A stretch of DNA of 63,738 nt, filler included, from Rhabdomonas costata (GCA_019059605.1; 50 parts of 50 records of this genome joined end to end with filler, not necessarily neighbours in it), one strand, 5' to 3'; shown: positions 12,893-24,783, numbered from the whole stretch's first letter. Numbers and translations: made by a program. The notes: generated from the sequence alone by a model not told the origin.

Positions 12893-13106
12893 GGATGTCG
12901 TTTTTGTTGGAGACTCCATCAGTGACGTCGCCGCAGGCCGCGCCGCAGGTGTGGCGGTGGCCTGTGTGCCATACGGCTACAACCACGGCCGGCCCATTGC
13001 TGAGGCCCACCCCGACCTGGTCGTGGAGGGACTGCCTGCGCTTCTACCTCTGCTGAGGCTTCCCCAGGCCTCCAGAGTGATGAGCACCGCGCCGGAGCCA
13101 AAGTAA
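12893..13106 (+). CDS. gph: Terminal exon of a bacterial-type phosphoglycolate phosphatase (HAD IA, Gph-like)
   Basis: Not in the ORF track. DVVFVGDSISDVAAGRAAGVAVACVPYGYNHGRPIAEAHPDLVVEGLPALLPLL...PK*: HAD motif IV GDS..D plus the Gph-typical YGYNHG.PI....PD. Confidence 0.85.
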
Positions 13107-14048
13107 GAACGTCTTTCCTGCACTCGTTGTGTGGTGCCCCCCGCGGCTGAGACTCCACTCCCAAAGAGGTTATAGCCTTGGGACACTGTGTAGCCGCGCT
13201 CATCTTAATGTGCCTGTTTCTTACGGTGCTGGCTGGGCGAGGTGCTGCCAGAGTTGCCTGTGGCGATGCATGCTGTCCCGCATCCTTAAACAATGTCGGA
13301 GTATATTTCGATCCCTTTGAAGAACCAATGGAGGGGCAGGGGGGGATAGGCATGAGATCCGAAGCAGGTCGTTTTCCCCGAGGTTCTGGAGAGTATTCCG
13401 AGGCTGGGGACGGACGTTCACCTCCACAACTTTTTCTTTTTAGCGCCCGTTGTTCGGGTTCGGTGCACTGGAAGTGGAGTGCGTCACAGCAACGGGGTCG
13501 TGCAACGAAACTAATGGATTGTGCATGCTTGTTTTTGTCTTTTTGTTGCGAGAGCCAGCTTTGAGCCAGCCTTTTCAAATACGATGCACTCAAGTGGGGT
13601 AAAGATGCCAGAAAATTACTCGGTGGTAAGCCTCACAGCAGGGTGGACAGTATAAGCCTTGGGGACGTTTGCATTTCTACTTTGTGATAGGACTTTTGCA
13701 AATCAAGCTTTGCCCCACACTCTCAGCTTTCACACGGGTTGGCACTCGTGTTGTTTTGTTCTAGTGGTGTGAGACCAATAACTCAGCCCATACAACTGCA
13801 CGATGCTCTTCCCGAAGTGATGGGGTTTTCAGTGCAATGATGCATTACACTTCTCTGGAGAGCTTACTCTGAAACCACACGAAAATTGTGCCCCCTCCAC
13901 CGAAAGTTCGTGCTTATTTCCTCCTCTTCAGTCCTTCGCAACCAACCCNNNNNNNNNNNNNNNNNNNNNNNNNNNNNNNNNNNNNNNNNNNNTTAATTAA
14001 TTAANNNNNNNNNNNNNNNNNNNNNNNNNNNNNNNNNNNNNNNNNNNN

Positions 14049-14922
14049 GACAACCACGAGGGCAGCATGGAGGTCATCGGAGGGGTGGACGCTGACCTGG
14101 AGTCCTTCCTGCAATGGATGTCCACCGAGGGGCACCTGGCCAACACTGTGGTGATGCTCATCGCTGGTCTGTACCAAAGAATCGAGGAGAGCCACGAGCG
14201 TGCGGCAGAACGGAGATGTAGAATTATCAGCGTTGCTCGAAATCGCAGCTCATATAACGCACTGCTGTATGTGCGCCATGTCTCCATCGATTGTGGTGGT
14301 CCTATTGTTTCACTTTAACGCAAAACACATCGCATGGCACAATCTGGACAGGTGAAGCTGGACGCCGTGATGCCACACGAATCGCTAAGGATTTGCAAGA
14401 CAGAGAGGGGGTGAAGAAAAAAGATAAGTGATCGGCTTGAAACTGCCCTGTTTGGGGTGCTTCCAGCGTGTTCCAGATCAGTGGTAGCGATTATTTGTTT
14501 GCAGAGAACTGGAACTGCGTATTATGCCCACCTGCACAGATCATGGGCAGCACGTCGGACCATACTTTCTCACCCTTGTGGGCAACCTGGAGCACAAGCT
14601 GCCCGCTCTCTACCTTCTGATGCCCCCGGCCTTTCTCGAGGCCCACCCTGAGGCCCACGCCGCGCTGCGGGCCAATGCCCAAGTCCCTCTCACTGGATGG
14701 GATGTATACGCTACCCTGCGGGACCTGGCCAGCTTCCCTAACCCCCCGCCCTCACCGCCAGCTACTCTGCGAGACTTCCCCCCAGGCCCGCCATGGGCAC
14801 GGAGCCTTCTGCGGCCGCTGCCTCGGAACCGCAGCTGTGCAGAGATGCGAGTGCCGAAGTGCCGATGCGTGTGCGACGGAGCTGGCGGGGAGTGGGAGGC
14901 AGGCTGCGAGACAGAGGATTAA
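14049..14922 (+). CDS. DUF229 (alkaline phosphatase superfamily) protein, last two exons (14049-14166, 14540-14922)
   Basis: GT-AG intron 14167-14539 splices to LANTVVMLIA-D-HGQHVG...LEHKLP...LRANAQVPLTGWDVYATL...SLLRPLPRNRSC..MRVPKCRCVC, which carries DUF229 hallmarks. Confidence 0.85.
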
Positions 14923-16602
14923 GTCCTACTCTACTGGCGGCAGACTGAGTAGGAAGCCTCACCGAGTGGGCCAATGGAGAGGTTTGGAATCCTTTGCGTG
15001 ATCCCCATTTTCAACGGCTGGTGCCATAGTTTTCTATTTTCTTTTTTTTTGTGTGTGTGCCGTGGCTCTCTATTTGTTTTTACCGGTCGTCGAGAGGTCC
15101 ACATCAAAGCATGCTGTTGCTGTGGTTCCCACCCCATACCGTACAGTTCTGACCGGGCACGTTTTGATCTGACGACCCCGACCCCGCATTGGCCCTCAGG
15201 CAGAAAAGCCACGAGTGGTTTTTCTNNNNNNNNNNNNNNNNNNNNNNNNNNNNNNNNNNNNNNNNNNNNTTAATTAATTAANNNNNNNNNNNNNNNNNNN
15301 NNNNNNNNNNNNNNNNNNNNNNNNNGGTTGGGTTGTGTGTGTCTTCTTCTTTTGATCCATCTGAAGCCAAATCGGGAGGGGTCTTTTACAGGATGAGGAT
15401 TTGCCCTCAATTCCACGGGATATTTGCATCAACTGAGACACCGGTGACAAAGACAAACCTGCGGTTTCTTGGGGAGCTTGAGCCTCCCCTGCCTTCGCCG
15501 CGGGTAAGTTAGAGTAAAGCTCGAACATGGCAGGTCAAAACCGAAGAACAAGAGGGGAGTTACAGCAGGAGCATCCTCCTCTCCTTTTTCCTCTCGGGGG
15601 GGGTCTTTGGAAGAAAAGACAATTCCTCAAAAACGGGAACGAAAACCAAACTACAGGCAAGGGCTAAGAAGAAGGGCACATTGGAAGAACCGTGCAGGAC
15701 TACAATTGCAACGAACGGGTCAAGTGGGACAGTGTAGGAATGTGCGATGTGAGGTCCAAAGCCCCTCCCAAGCATGCATGCCCAAAATACCCAAGATATC
15801 GAGGAAGAACACCCGTTACACTTCGAAACAGACTGTAAACGAAAAACTTTGGAGGTTAAAGGTAAAATAACAGGCACACATGCGTTGAAAGCGCTTGCAT
15901 CCGTGTCCGTCAAGACACCCGACAGACGACCTAGCAAAAGTTTCAACTGAAATAACCCAAAACCCGGCACAGCTTACACTTTAATGCTGCGAAATGTAAT
16001 GCAAGCGAAAAAGTCGTAGTCACGAACTCCGAAGCAAAATGAACATTCGAGTCATTCTTTCTGGAAGGTAATCGGTAGGTGTGTGTTGTGTGTGTTCTGT
16101 TTGAATGTCAGACGTACCATTAGCACATTCAGAGCATCATGGCCAGCGCTATCCGCCCTCCCGGAAGGACAAGCAACAACATCAACATGAAAGAACTCCC
16201 GAGTGGCGATTTGACCGCAGGTCTTTCCTCACAATTCACAAGGTCCTCCTCCGGTCACTGCAGAATTGATGGAAGGCCGCGCAATTCCGACTGGCAGCAA
16301 ATTGTGTCACCCCACTTAGCCTGAGCTTGATTGCAGTGCAATTTTGTCGAGCAAACCACGAGCGCGCAGCAATCAATGCTGCCGTTCGCTTCGCCTAAAA
16401 CTCGGCTGCTCAGCCGTTGTAGCTCAGCCGTTGTAGGCTGAAGCTGCTTCAGCAACAGGGGTCATGCCCCCAAACCACACAAATCACCCCTTGCGGGGGA
16501 GGNNNNNNNNNNNNNNNNNNNNNNNNNNNNNNNNNNNNNNNNNNNNTTAATTAATTAANNNNNNNNNNNNNNNNNNNNNNNNNNNNNNNNNNNNNNNNNN
16601 NN

Positions 16603-16774
16603 CCAGCTGCCCGACGCCGTGGTCTTCGATGCCCTGGAGGCGATCCGCAGCCGGTCCACAATGGGTGGCGCCGAGGAGGAAGACGTGGCCTACGAGGAGT
16701 TCGTGGAGGTGTTCAAGATGCTGACTGCGGGCCAGGAGGCGCAGCCCTGCGCCCGCGATGAGAAGCCCGAAAAG
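16603..16774 (+). CDS. Exon with a degenerate EF-hand-like motif
   Basis: Strong GC3 bias; ...GGAEEEDVAYEEFVEVFKML resembles an EF-hand exit helix. Possible GC donor (aag|gcacgt). Confidence 0.4.
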
Positions 16775-17336
16775 GCACGTCTCTGTTTTTGTTGTCGGGT
16801 TTGAGTGATGTACAGCAGCCTCTCCCCCCCTCTCCAGTGCCCTCTTCGAAAGAGCAGTCGGTTTCCGTCAAATGGAATTGAAGGCTGCTTTTTTGCTCCG
16901 ACTCCCTTGATCTCAGAATGTTCGTTGGTGCGGCATTGTACCATTTCGCCGACCAGACGTTCTTTTTGGGAGGAAACGCCCCGGAGTGTGCCAAGTATTC
17001 TCTATTTTGTGGTGCGTCACGTGTGAGAATCTTTCGGGGAACTGACTCGGGAAGTCTTGCTTCACGTGTTCCCTTTGCCCTCCTCAGCTTTGTTCCTTTT
17101 TCGGGGGGGGGGGCTTGCGGTTGCGGCTGTGTGGTCTGTGCCGCACAGGTAGGCAGTGGGCGCCGGTGCTGGCGCTGGGTAGGCTCTGCCTTCCGTGCAG
17201 TTCGAGAGGCTGCCGGTCGACTGCGGCGAGGTCGCCGCCAAGGGGCCAATGAGGTTTGGTGAAGACCTGCATTGCTGTTGAGAGTCAGATAATAAATATT
17301 TTTTCAATTCGGAGTGTCTCCCCTTGGCTGTGCTGA

Positions 17337-17770
17337 TTTTTTTGCAGGCGCTGTGTTCTGCTGATAAAGGACTTTGTTGCTTTGTTTTTTTGCTTGGCAT
17401 TGTTGAGCACACAGGAAAGCAAAAGGGTAAGGGGAAGCTAGCACGATATGGTGTCTGTGATGGATTTATGTCACAGGAAGTGCCCAAGAGGATCTAGAAA
17501 TTTGATTTCAAGGTCAAATCTCCCACACTACGCGCTCAGGGACATGCAGCTGATTAAGAATTACCGTGTCCTTTTCACCAAAAGCTGTTTGCTTGACTTG
17601 GGGACTGGTTTGCCCCCTGCCTTTCCGCAGTGCGAAAGGCTGCACTTTCACTACCTTACGTAGTTCTTTTTCCTCCGCTTTCCTTTTTTTTCCTGTGTGC
17701 TCAACAATGCCAAGCAAAAAAACAAAGCAACAAAGTCCTTTATCAGCAGAACACAGCGCCTGCAAAAAAA
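17337..17770. repeat. About 80-bp perfect inverted repeat at the contig end (arms about 17337-17418 and 17689-17770); probable amplification fold-back
   Basis: Arms are exact reverse complements, and the right arm runs into the contig end. Confidence 0.9.
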
Positions 17771-17888
17771 CCAACACANNNNNNNNNNNNNNNNNNNNNN
17801 NNNNNNNNNNNNNNNNNNNNNNTTAATTAATTAANNNNNNNNNNNNNNNNNNNNNNNNNNNNNNNNNNNNNNNNNNNNGTGGGGTGTG

Positions 17889-17967
17889 GTGTAACGTAGG
17901 TGTAGGGTGTGCGACTAACCGTTTGACCGTTTAAATGTTAATCGCACACCCTACACCTACGTTACAC
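17889..17967. repeat. Hairpin with a 26-bp perfect stem at the contig start; probable fold-back
   Basis: gtgtaacgtaggtgtagggtgtgcga ... tcgcacaccctacacctacgttacac. Confidence 0.9.
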
Positions 17968-18143
17968 AGCAGCCCCAAATGTTTGACTGAGATCACATAA
18001 TCGTTAATATGGCAAATATATCTTACCAGCAGCTGCGCTCAAGTTAATTTGAGTGAGTCTTTGTAATCGTCAATGTTGTTTTGTAATTCATCCCATTTCT
18101 TATCCTTCCAGAATTTTGAGTTTCAGCGGGCTCTCTTGAATGC

Positions 18144-19055
18144 ATGGACGCCTCGAACCCGTCTCTGCCCGCTCCCACTGTTTTTCTTGACCTTGACAAC
18201 ACATTGTACCCCTTCAGCCAAAACTTGCACGACAGAACCGTTCTGCTCGTCGTCCAATGCATCTCCACCAAGCTGGGCATCTCCGAAGCCGAGGCGGCTT
18301 CGCTGCGCAAGAGCCTCCGTCTCAAATACCCCATGACAATCCACGGCCTATTGTCTGAGGGGTACTTCACGGCGGAGGACATTCAGTTCTACCTCCGAGG
18401 GACAATGGGGCCGCTTCCTGTGGAAGAAGAGGTCAAGCCCTCCCCTGGAATCGAGAGGATGCTGCAGTCCTTCCGGCCAGGGGTGGCAAAGTGGATCTTC
18501 ACCAATGCCGATCCCCCGCATACCCAGAGGTGGGATTGCGGTTATGATTACGTTTGCGCCCTGTGACCAAAACTGTGCGACCAATAGGAATCTGATTCAC
18601 GTTAAATCTCACCCCTGGGGCTTGAAGCTGATGCCCCTCGGGTCTTTATCTCTTGCTGCACAGCTCGTCATTAATCATAAACAGGGTAAACAGGGTAAAC
18701 TGCGTGACCATCCCTGCACCCCCTGTTTGTGGCCCTTTGGGCGGCTCTATTTACGTAATCAACATGTGTCTTTTCATTTTGCACGGTTTGTTCTCGGTGT
18801 GCATTTTTCCTTTGCCCCAAACAACGCTCCTTCAAAAGTGATTGTGAAACTTTTCCGATCCACAATGAAGTGCATTTTCACTTGCTTGGAAACAACCCAA
18901 GTTTACTTGTGCGCGGAAACGACGAGGACGTTTCGTTCAGAACAGATTAGGTTAAGCGTAGGGAAAATTCTCTCCTTTTGGCCCCCCGACCTTCAACAGG
19001 GTGCTGCAAGCACTGCAGTGCAACCCAGCTCTCTTCGACGGCGTGGTGGACGTCT
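18144..19055 (+). CDS. Pyrimidine 5'-nucleotidase, SDT1/Phm8-like HAD hydrolase; first two exons (18144-18529, 19000-19055)
   Basis: Motif I VFLDLDNTLYP, cap region KLGISEAEAASLRKSLRLKY, motif II KWIFTNAD. GT-AG intron 18530-18999 joins to RVLQALQCNPALFDGVVDV. Confidence 0.9.
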
Positions 19056-20187
19056 NNNNNNNNNNNNNNNNNNNNNNNNNNNNNNNNNNNNNNNNNNNNT
19101 TAATTAATTAANNNNNNNNNNNNNNNNNNNNNNNNNNNNNNNNNNNNNNNNNNNNGTTTTGTTGTTAAATTCAAGAAAAACCAACTTTAAATTGTATGAC
19201 TGTTTGTTTTTAAGATGCAAGCAATTTGTGGTTTGCAGCAAGGACACTCAGTATATCGTCACGAGAAGTTCATCGACTAGAATGTATCATTGATTGTAGT
19301 CACTTTACTTGTAATCCTAAATGCTAGGTATAAATTCTAGGTAGGAAAGTGGGAACGTCCACATTAGTCTAGATATGATGATTAAAACTCTCTCTTTAAT
19401 CATTCATAGGTGATTAATACTACGTTGAATTATAGATTAGCTATCACGAAATGTGCGCGGAACACATAGAATCCTAACACGTTTATTTTGAAGAACTTCA
19501 GAAATTATCCCTGTCACAGTAACGCTGAATACAGTGTTGGATGGCCCACAAATCAGTTTTCTGACATGCATCATTGAACTAGAACTCAAACAAAATATCT
19601 ATTTGTCTGAAAATCATGTGTTTTTAAACTGCGTACATTAATCAGTTCTCGTCTACTAGATGATAATAGTTCTGTCAATGATTTCAACTTTAAATGTGCC
19701 TTTGCACACCAACAGTGATAAATACTCTAGTTACTCTAGGTTTTTATGGCTACGGCATCTGTTGAGCCATGGTTAATTATTATCTGTGATTTAGAGAGCT
19801 GGAAAATTTTCAGTTTCCAACTAATGGAAAAGTATTTTGTACTGGAAAAACTAATCAACGTTTAAAATAACTAGGATGATGTCAAAGTCAACGTAATCAA
19901 CATAATTGACATCAAAGTATTTTTACATGAGACTCTACAGTTTTAGAAGAGGCTTAACAACGGCTTAAATGGTAACGTTGCTCGAATATACTCTAAACTA
20001 CCTGTATCCAACTGTTTTACTATAGTATTTATTAATCCACTTTATGCAGTTCAAGACAAAATGGGACACCACGTTTACGACTGTGTCCATTACAGCAGTA
20101 CACCTGGTTTAGGTTCTACTATAGAGCATGAGTCCACTGCATTATCGAAACAGGTAACGTAAGCGCGTTTACTTAATTGTAGTTTTA

Positions 20188-20328
20188 GTAGCGCTATCTT
20201 TAGTCTATTTTCTTAAATGAAGGCGGTTTTTATCTGTTATCATCTGGACTCCTGCAACATTTTCCCACTAATGAATGACAGACAAAAACCGCCTTCATTT
20301 AAGAAAATAGACTAAAGATAGCGCTACC
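20188..20328. repeat. Terminal inverted repeat (about 44-bp perfect distal stem); probable fold-back
   Basis: gtagcgctatctttagtctattttcttaaatgaaggcggttttt and its reverse complement at the contig end. Confidence 0.9.
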
Positions 20329-20442
20329 AAAANNNNNNNNNNNNNNNNNNNNNNNNNNNNNNNNNNNNNNNNNNNNTTAATTAATTAANNNNNNNNNNNN
20401 NNNNNNNNNNNNNNNNNNNNNNNNNNNNNNNNGGGCGCAAAC

Positions 20443-20982
20443 CTTGCACAACAGAATGAGGTCATCGAAGAGGGCGAAAACCTCGGGCGGGGGCTGGAGG
20501 AGACCGATTACAGTGGTCATCCCAAAGACCCGAGTCATCACCGCGACAGAGTTGCAGATGTCAAAGGTGGTCTTGCTGTAGAACAAAGGAAAGACAGAGG
20601 CCACCAGATGAGAAAGCCCGGAGCCGGAGAGGGCTAGAGGCCCCGCAGCCCAACAAGCTGAAATTAGGTACAGTGAAAAAAGGCAGGGAAATGCATGCTG
20701 CCAAGAGGTTGCAATGCAACCACAGCGCGGAGGTGACGTCTGCTCTTGGGATGCCATACCGGCAGCAGGGACGTTTGCTGCGTAACACGCGCTGGGCAGA
20801 GAGTGAGAGTGTGATGCGGCCGGGGGGGGGGAACCTGTCCAGCCCTGTTGAGATCTCGTCCGCGAAGACAACCTGCTGGGGCCCGGAGATAACCTCAGCG
20901 AAGGTGACCCGTCGCCGCTGACCCCCGCTGATCCCTCGGAGCATATCATTCCCAACAACCGTGTGCGAGACATGCGCAATTC
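20443..20982 (-). CDS. PDR-type ABCG transporter NBD1, two exons (20982-20835, 20575-20443)
   Basis: [24 protein letters not shown]...[21 protein letters not shown]...[23 protein letters not shown] signature and Walker B, with a GT-AG intron. Confidence 0.95.
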
Positions 20983-23488
20983 CTGCGAAAGAAAGCGAGA
21001 AGAAAAAGAGAGCTCAAGTCAGAAAGGGAGTCTCTTGAGAAGGAAGTGGCAAATCGTGGAAAGGCACACCGGGAGCAGTGTTGTTCTATTCTGAAACGTG
21101 AGTATTCTTGGTATTGCGGAAATGGCAGTGGAGTTCAGCCTGCATCTGGAGGGTATGCTGGAAAAATTGCATAGTGTTCCTCCCAGTGCAAGGACTTCAA
21201 ATCTGTGCCCTTATCTCCATTTGGTGCCCAGTGAAGTCATACCTGCCTTCTTTTCTTCCTGTGTTGGGCGCATTGCGCGCTGGCTGTTGCCTGCTTGACT
21301 GGTTGCTTGGTTGTTGGTGCTGTTGGCAACGGGGTGCTCGCGAGAGGTGCTCCTTCGGAGCAATAACCGTGGGTTACCGGCTCCCCACTGAACGTTGGAC
21401 GTGCCTTGATCCCGGGTCCCGAGCCTTTGTCGCGCAGCTACTTTTTTCCACCGGCTACCCACGCCGCCCCATTGCTGCTCGGGTTTCTCACCAAGGGTGC
21501 GAGTGTGAGTGTGGAAAGGTGTATGGCCCTCCAAACCCCATGGAAGTATTGTTCAACAAAGTCCGATGAAGGTGCATTTCGCTCTCGCGAGCACCCCGTT
21601 CCCAACAACANNNNNNNNNNNNNNNNNNNNNNNNNNNNNNNNNNNNNNNNNNNNTTAATTAATTAANNNNNNNNNNNNNNNNNNNNNNNNNNNNNNNNNN
21701 NNNNNNNNNNGGGGTCTTGTAGATGCTAATGCTAATGCTGATGCCAGTACCACCACCCAATCACTCACTCATGTTATCCACAAGAGCTACGCAAAGGACG
21801 GTGTGAGAGTACCACCTTAGAGTGTTTAGAGAGCAAAGTGACATGTGTAGAGAGTGAAGTGGAGGACTGAGGAACTCAATGACGACCGAAGATGATGATA
21901 CATGTCTTAACGTCGCATGTACACTATCTACGCTCCAGGCCATGCTCCTTACCATTGAACTCAGAAGAAGGATGTTAGAACTCAGACGTCGTCACTTCAC
22001 ACCTGACGGTAGTACTTTTCTCCTCTAAGTCATGATGGGTTCATGTCGGTCAGTAGCTGCGCTCCTTTCATCAGCATAAGTTCCATTGATCACGGTTACG
22101 TCTTCGCTGCGCTCATTCTTTACTTGTTATTTGGTCGCATCTTTGCGCACGCTCAGATGCTTCACTACGTAACTCGTGATGTATCACTCCACTACTGACG
22201 TCGGTACTTTCACTTATTCTAATGTGGTAGTGGAGAGGGCCAAACATTAATGAGTAACGAGTAGTGAAGTTGGAATGTAGTGACATCACATCGTGACCTA
22301 GATGTCACCACTCCGCTCTGTGCGTTCTTTTAATCACGTAGTAGTAGCTTAAAGGCTCCGCAAGTACAGTGCCAATTCAGTCGTCATGTGTGGTACTATA
22401 GGACGTGAGGACCTCATGATAATTTCCCATGTAGGGAGCATGTGACAAAGGAACATGCTACCAGCAAACAGTAAGCATTTGTTTTACGCTTAAGGCATCA
22501 TACATACACATAGATCGAATACAATATTGGTTATAATGTCATCAATCATCTTCACATCACAGTGCCACTCACTGTCACTTTCGCATCATCAGTCCACATT
22601 ATTTTGTGTGGAAGCCCAGGTTTATGCCTTTCATTTTTGCTCTATTTTGCTCAGAATTTGAGGGTGGTATGGTACCTCATCCAATACCGTGCATTGTCTG
22701 CATCGGCGGCCTCCACTTTGTATCTTTACTACCTTTGGGTCTCATGTCAGTACGTAGCAATGTCACGACTTAAATGGATGTCATCGCGTAGTGAGGTATC
22801 ATGTGAATAGCACCTGCTGTAGGAATGCACACCCTAGACCCACAACCACACCACCACACCATACACCACCTGGTACCCCACCCCACANNNNNNNNNNNNN
22901 NNNNNNNNNNNNNNNNNNNNNNNNNNNNNNNTTAATTAATTAANNNNNNNNNNNNNNNNNNNNNNNNNNNNNNNNNNNNNNNNNNNNTTGTGGTTGTGTG
23001 TTTGGTTGTGTGTTTGGTTTTGGGGTTCACATCTGGAAAACATTCGTAGATTGTGGAGAAAGGAGCTGAACTTAGGAGCTTCCATTGTTTCATGGTTTCC
23101 AAAGTAAGACTTTTCGCAATCCCTGACCCCGCTTTAAGTCCAAAGGTGACCTTTTGGTCCCACCACGTCAAAAGTGAAAAGCGAGTAATCACATCTTAGG
23201 TGACTCGCAAATCTGGAAACTCGGCATATCATAGAAAAGTCGCCTGGATTTAGCAGCTTCCACTGCATGCGAAAGTATGAGACTTTTTTCTATCCTGAAA
23301 TCCCCTAAGGAAAAACGTAATATTTTGGTAACACTTCTTCACCTCTCACCTTTGAGGTGGCACGAGCAATAGCATCGCCAAGAAAAGGATCTGTTCCGTT
23401 GTATATATATAGTCTTTGGTCAACGTTCCTAGCAGTTTGGATGTGTCTGTTTTTGTGAGTGCTTCTTCCGACGTGCGGGGGGTTGCAG

Positions 23489-24164
23489 TGGGACTTAGCA
23501 AAGGGCTGCTCGGAGCAGACTCTGCGCGGACACGTCGACTCTGTGGTGGACCTGCGAGCAAGCTCCCCGGGGTTGTTGGTCTCCGCCTCTCAGGTGCGGT
23601 CATGCTTTTTTGCTTTCCCTGCACACTGTGCCCCCGCCCTTCTCGCCCTTTGTTTCCCTCCAGCGCCATGCGCTTGTCAATCCCTGTCGGTGCTGACCTG
23701 GTCAACAAGACCATCAATTCAGTACAGACCTGATCACCACGGCGCACCCAACAACACCAACACCTTGTTGCTTCCATCTAATTTATTCGTCAGAGCAGCT
23801 TGCTGATAACTGATTGCGTACATGTCATGACGGGCGCAGAAGGCAAGGTACCTCCGGAGGATCGTGCTACTGTGGGTCACCGCCTCCTCAAGTGGTCACT
23901 TTGCTTTGACTGCTGCACAACCGATCGGCGCCGGTAGCCCACAGAACGGCAGAACCGCGGCGAACGGAGAGAGAGCACTTGGAGCATAGCGGTTGCTTTC
24001 TACGGACGCCTCTGTGCCCTTTGCGTGTGTGCCGTATCAGGACGCCTTAGTTCTGCTGTGGAATATTTTTGACGGCTCTGTGGTGGCGCGGCTGTCGCAC
24101 CACTACCACCACGTCACTGCTCTGCTGCTGCTGGCCCTGCCGCCACCCCCGCAAGCCCCCTGTG
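23489..24164 (+). CDS. WD40-repeat protein, two exons (23489-23593, 24041-contig end)
   Basis: WDLAKGCSEQTLRGHVDSVVDL...LVSASQ|DALVLLWNIFDGSVVARLSHHYHHVTAL, with a GT-AG intron. Confidence 0.85.
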
Positions 24165-24381
24165 NNNNNNNNNNNNNNNNNNNNNNNNNNNNNNNNNNNN
24201 NNNNNNNNTTAATTAATTAANNNNNNNNNNNNNNNNNNNNNNNNNNNNNNNNNNNNNNNNNNNNGTGTTGGGTGTGTGTGGGGTGCTGGGATTTCAGCCA
24301 GCTTTGAGCTTCTTGAACCTTTAGCCTTTTGGGCCCGCTTGCTTTGTCGTCGTGCGACGGTGTTATTTCCGGTGCACCCAC

Positions 24382-24783
24382 CTGAATTCTGTTCAGCTCC
24401 TGGGAGACCCCGCCCACAGTGGCACTCAGCTGCTGCAGGTCCACAGACCGAGCGCGGGGAACAGTGGGCAATCCCGCAGGGAAGGCGAGCAGAGCAGGGT
24501 CCTTCTTGCGCGCCATCTGTACCTGTGTGAGCCAATGCAACGAAAACAGGGTCACTGAGAATATATAACCTGCCTTCTTGCAGTCAAACGGAGCTAAGGG
24601 CACACATTTATGCGAACTGAAAAAACACGGAGGGAGAAAACAGATATAAGCACAGAAAGGCAGACGCGCCAGCACCAGGAAGTGCATCAATGTGCTGGAC
24701 GATCTGGTCGCGCCCTTTGAGCCCACAACTAGCGAGAAGCTAGAAATGCTGGAGCGGTTCAAGAAGGAGGTGATTTCGATGAC
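24382..24783 (-). CDS. Divergent formin FH2 domain, two exons (24783-24676, 24522-24382)
   Basis: VIEITSFLNRSSISSFSL...STLMHFL|VQMARKKDPALLAFPAGLPTVPRARSVDLQQLSATV resembles the FH2 TL.HFL......P.LL.F..EL..V..A..V region. Confidence 0.65.

Noticed and set aside
12919..13593. 224-aa minus-strand ORF in the track
   Set aside because: Overlaps the well-supported plus-strand Gph exon and has no recognisable motif.
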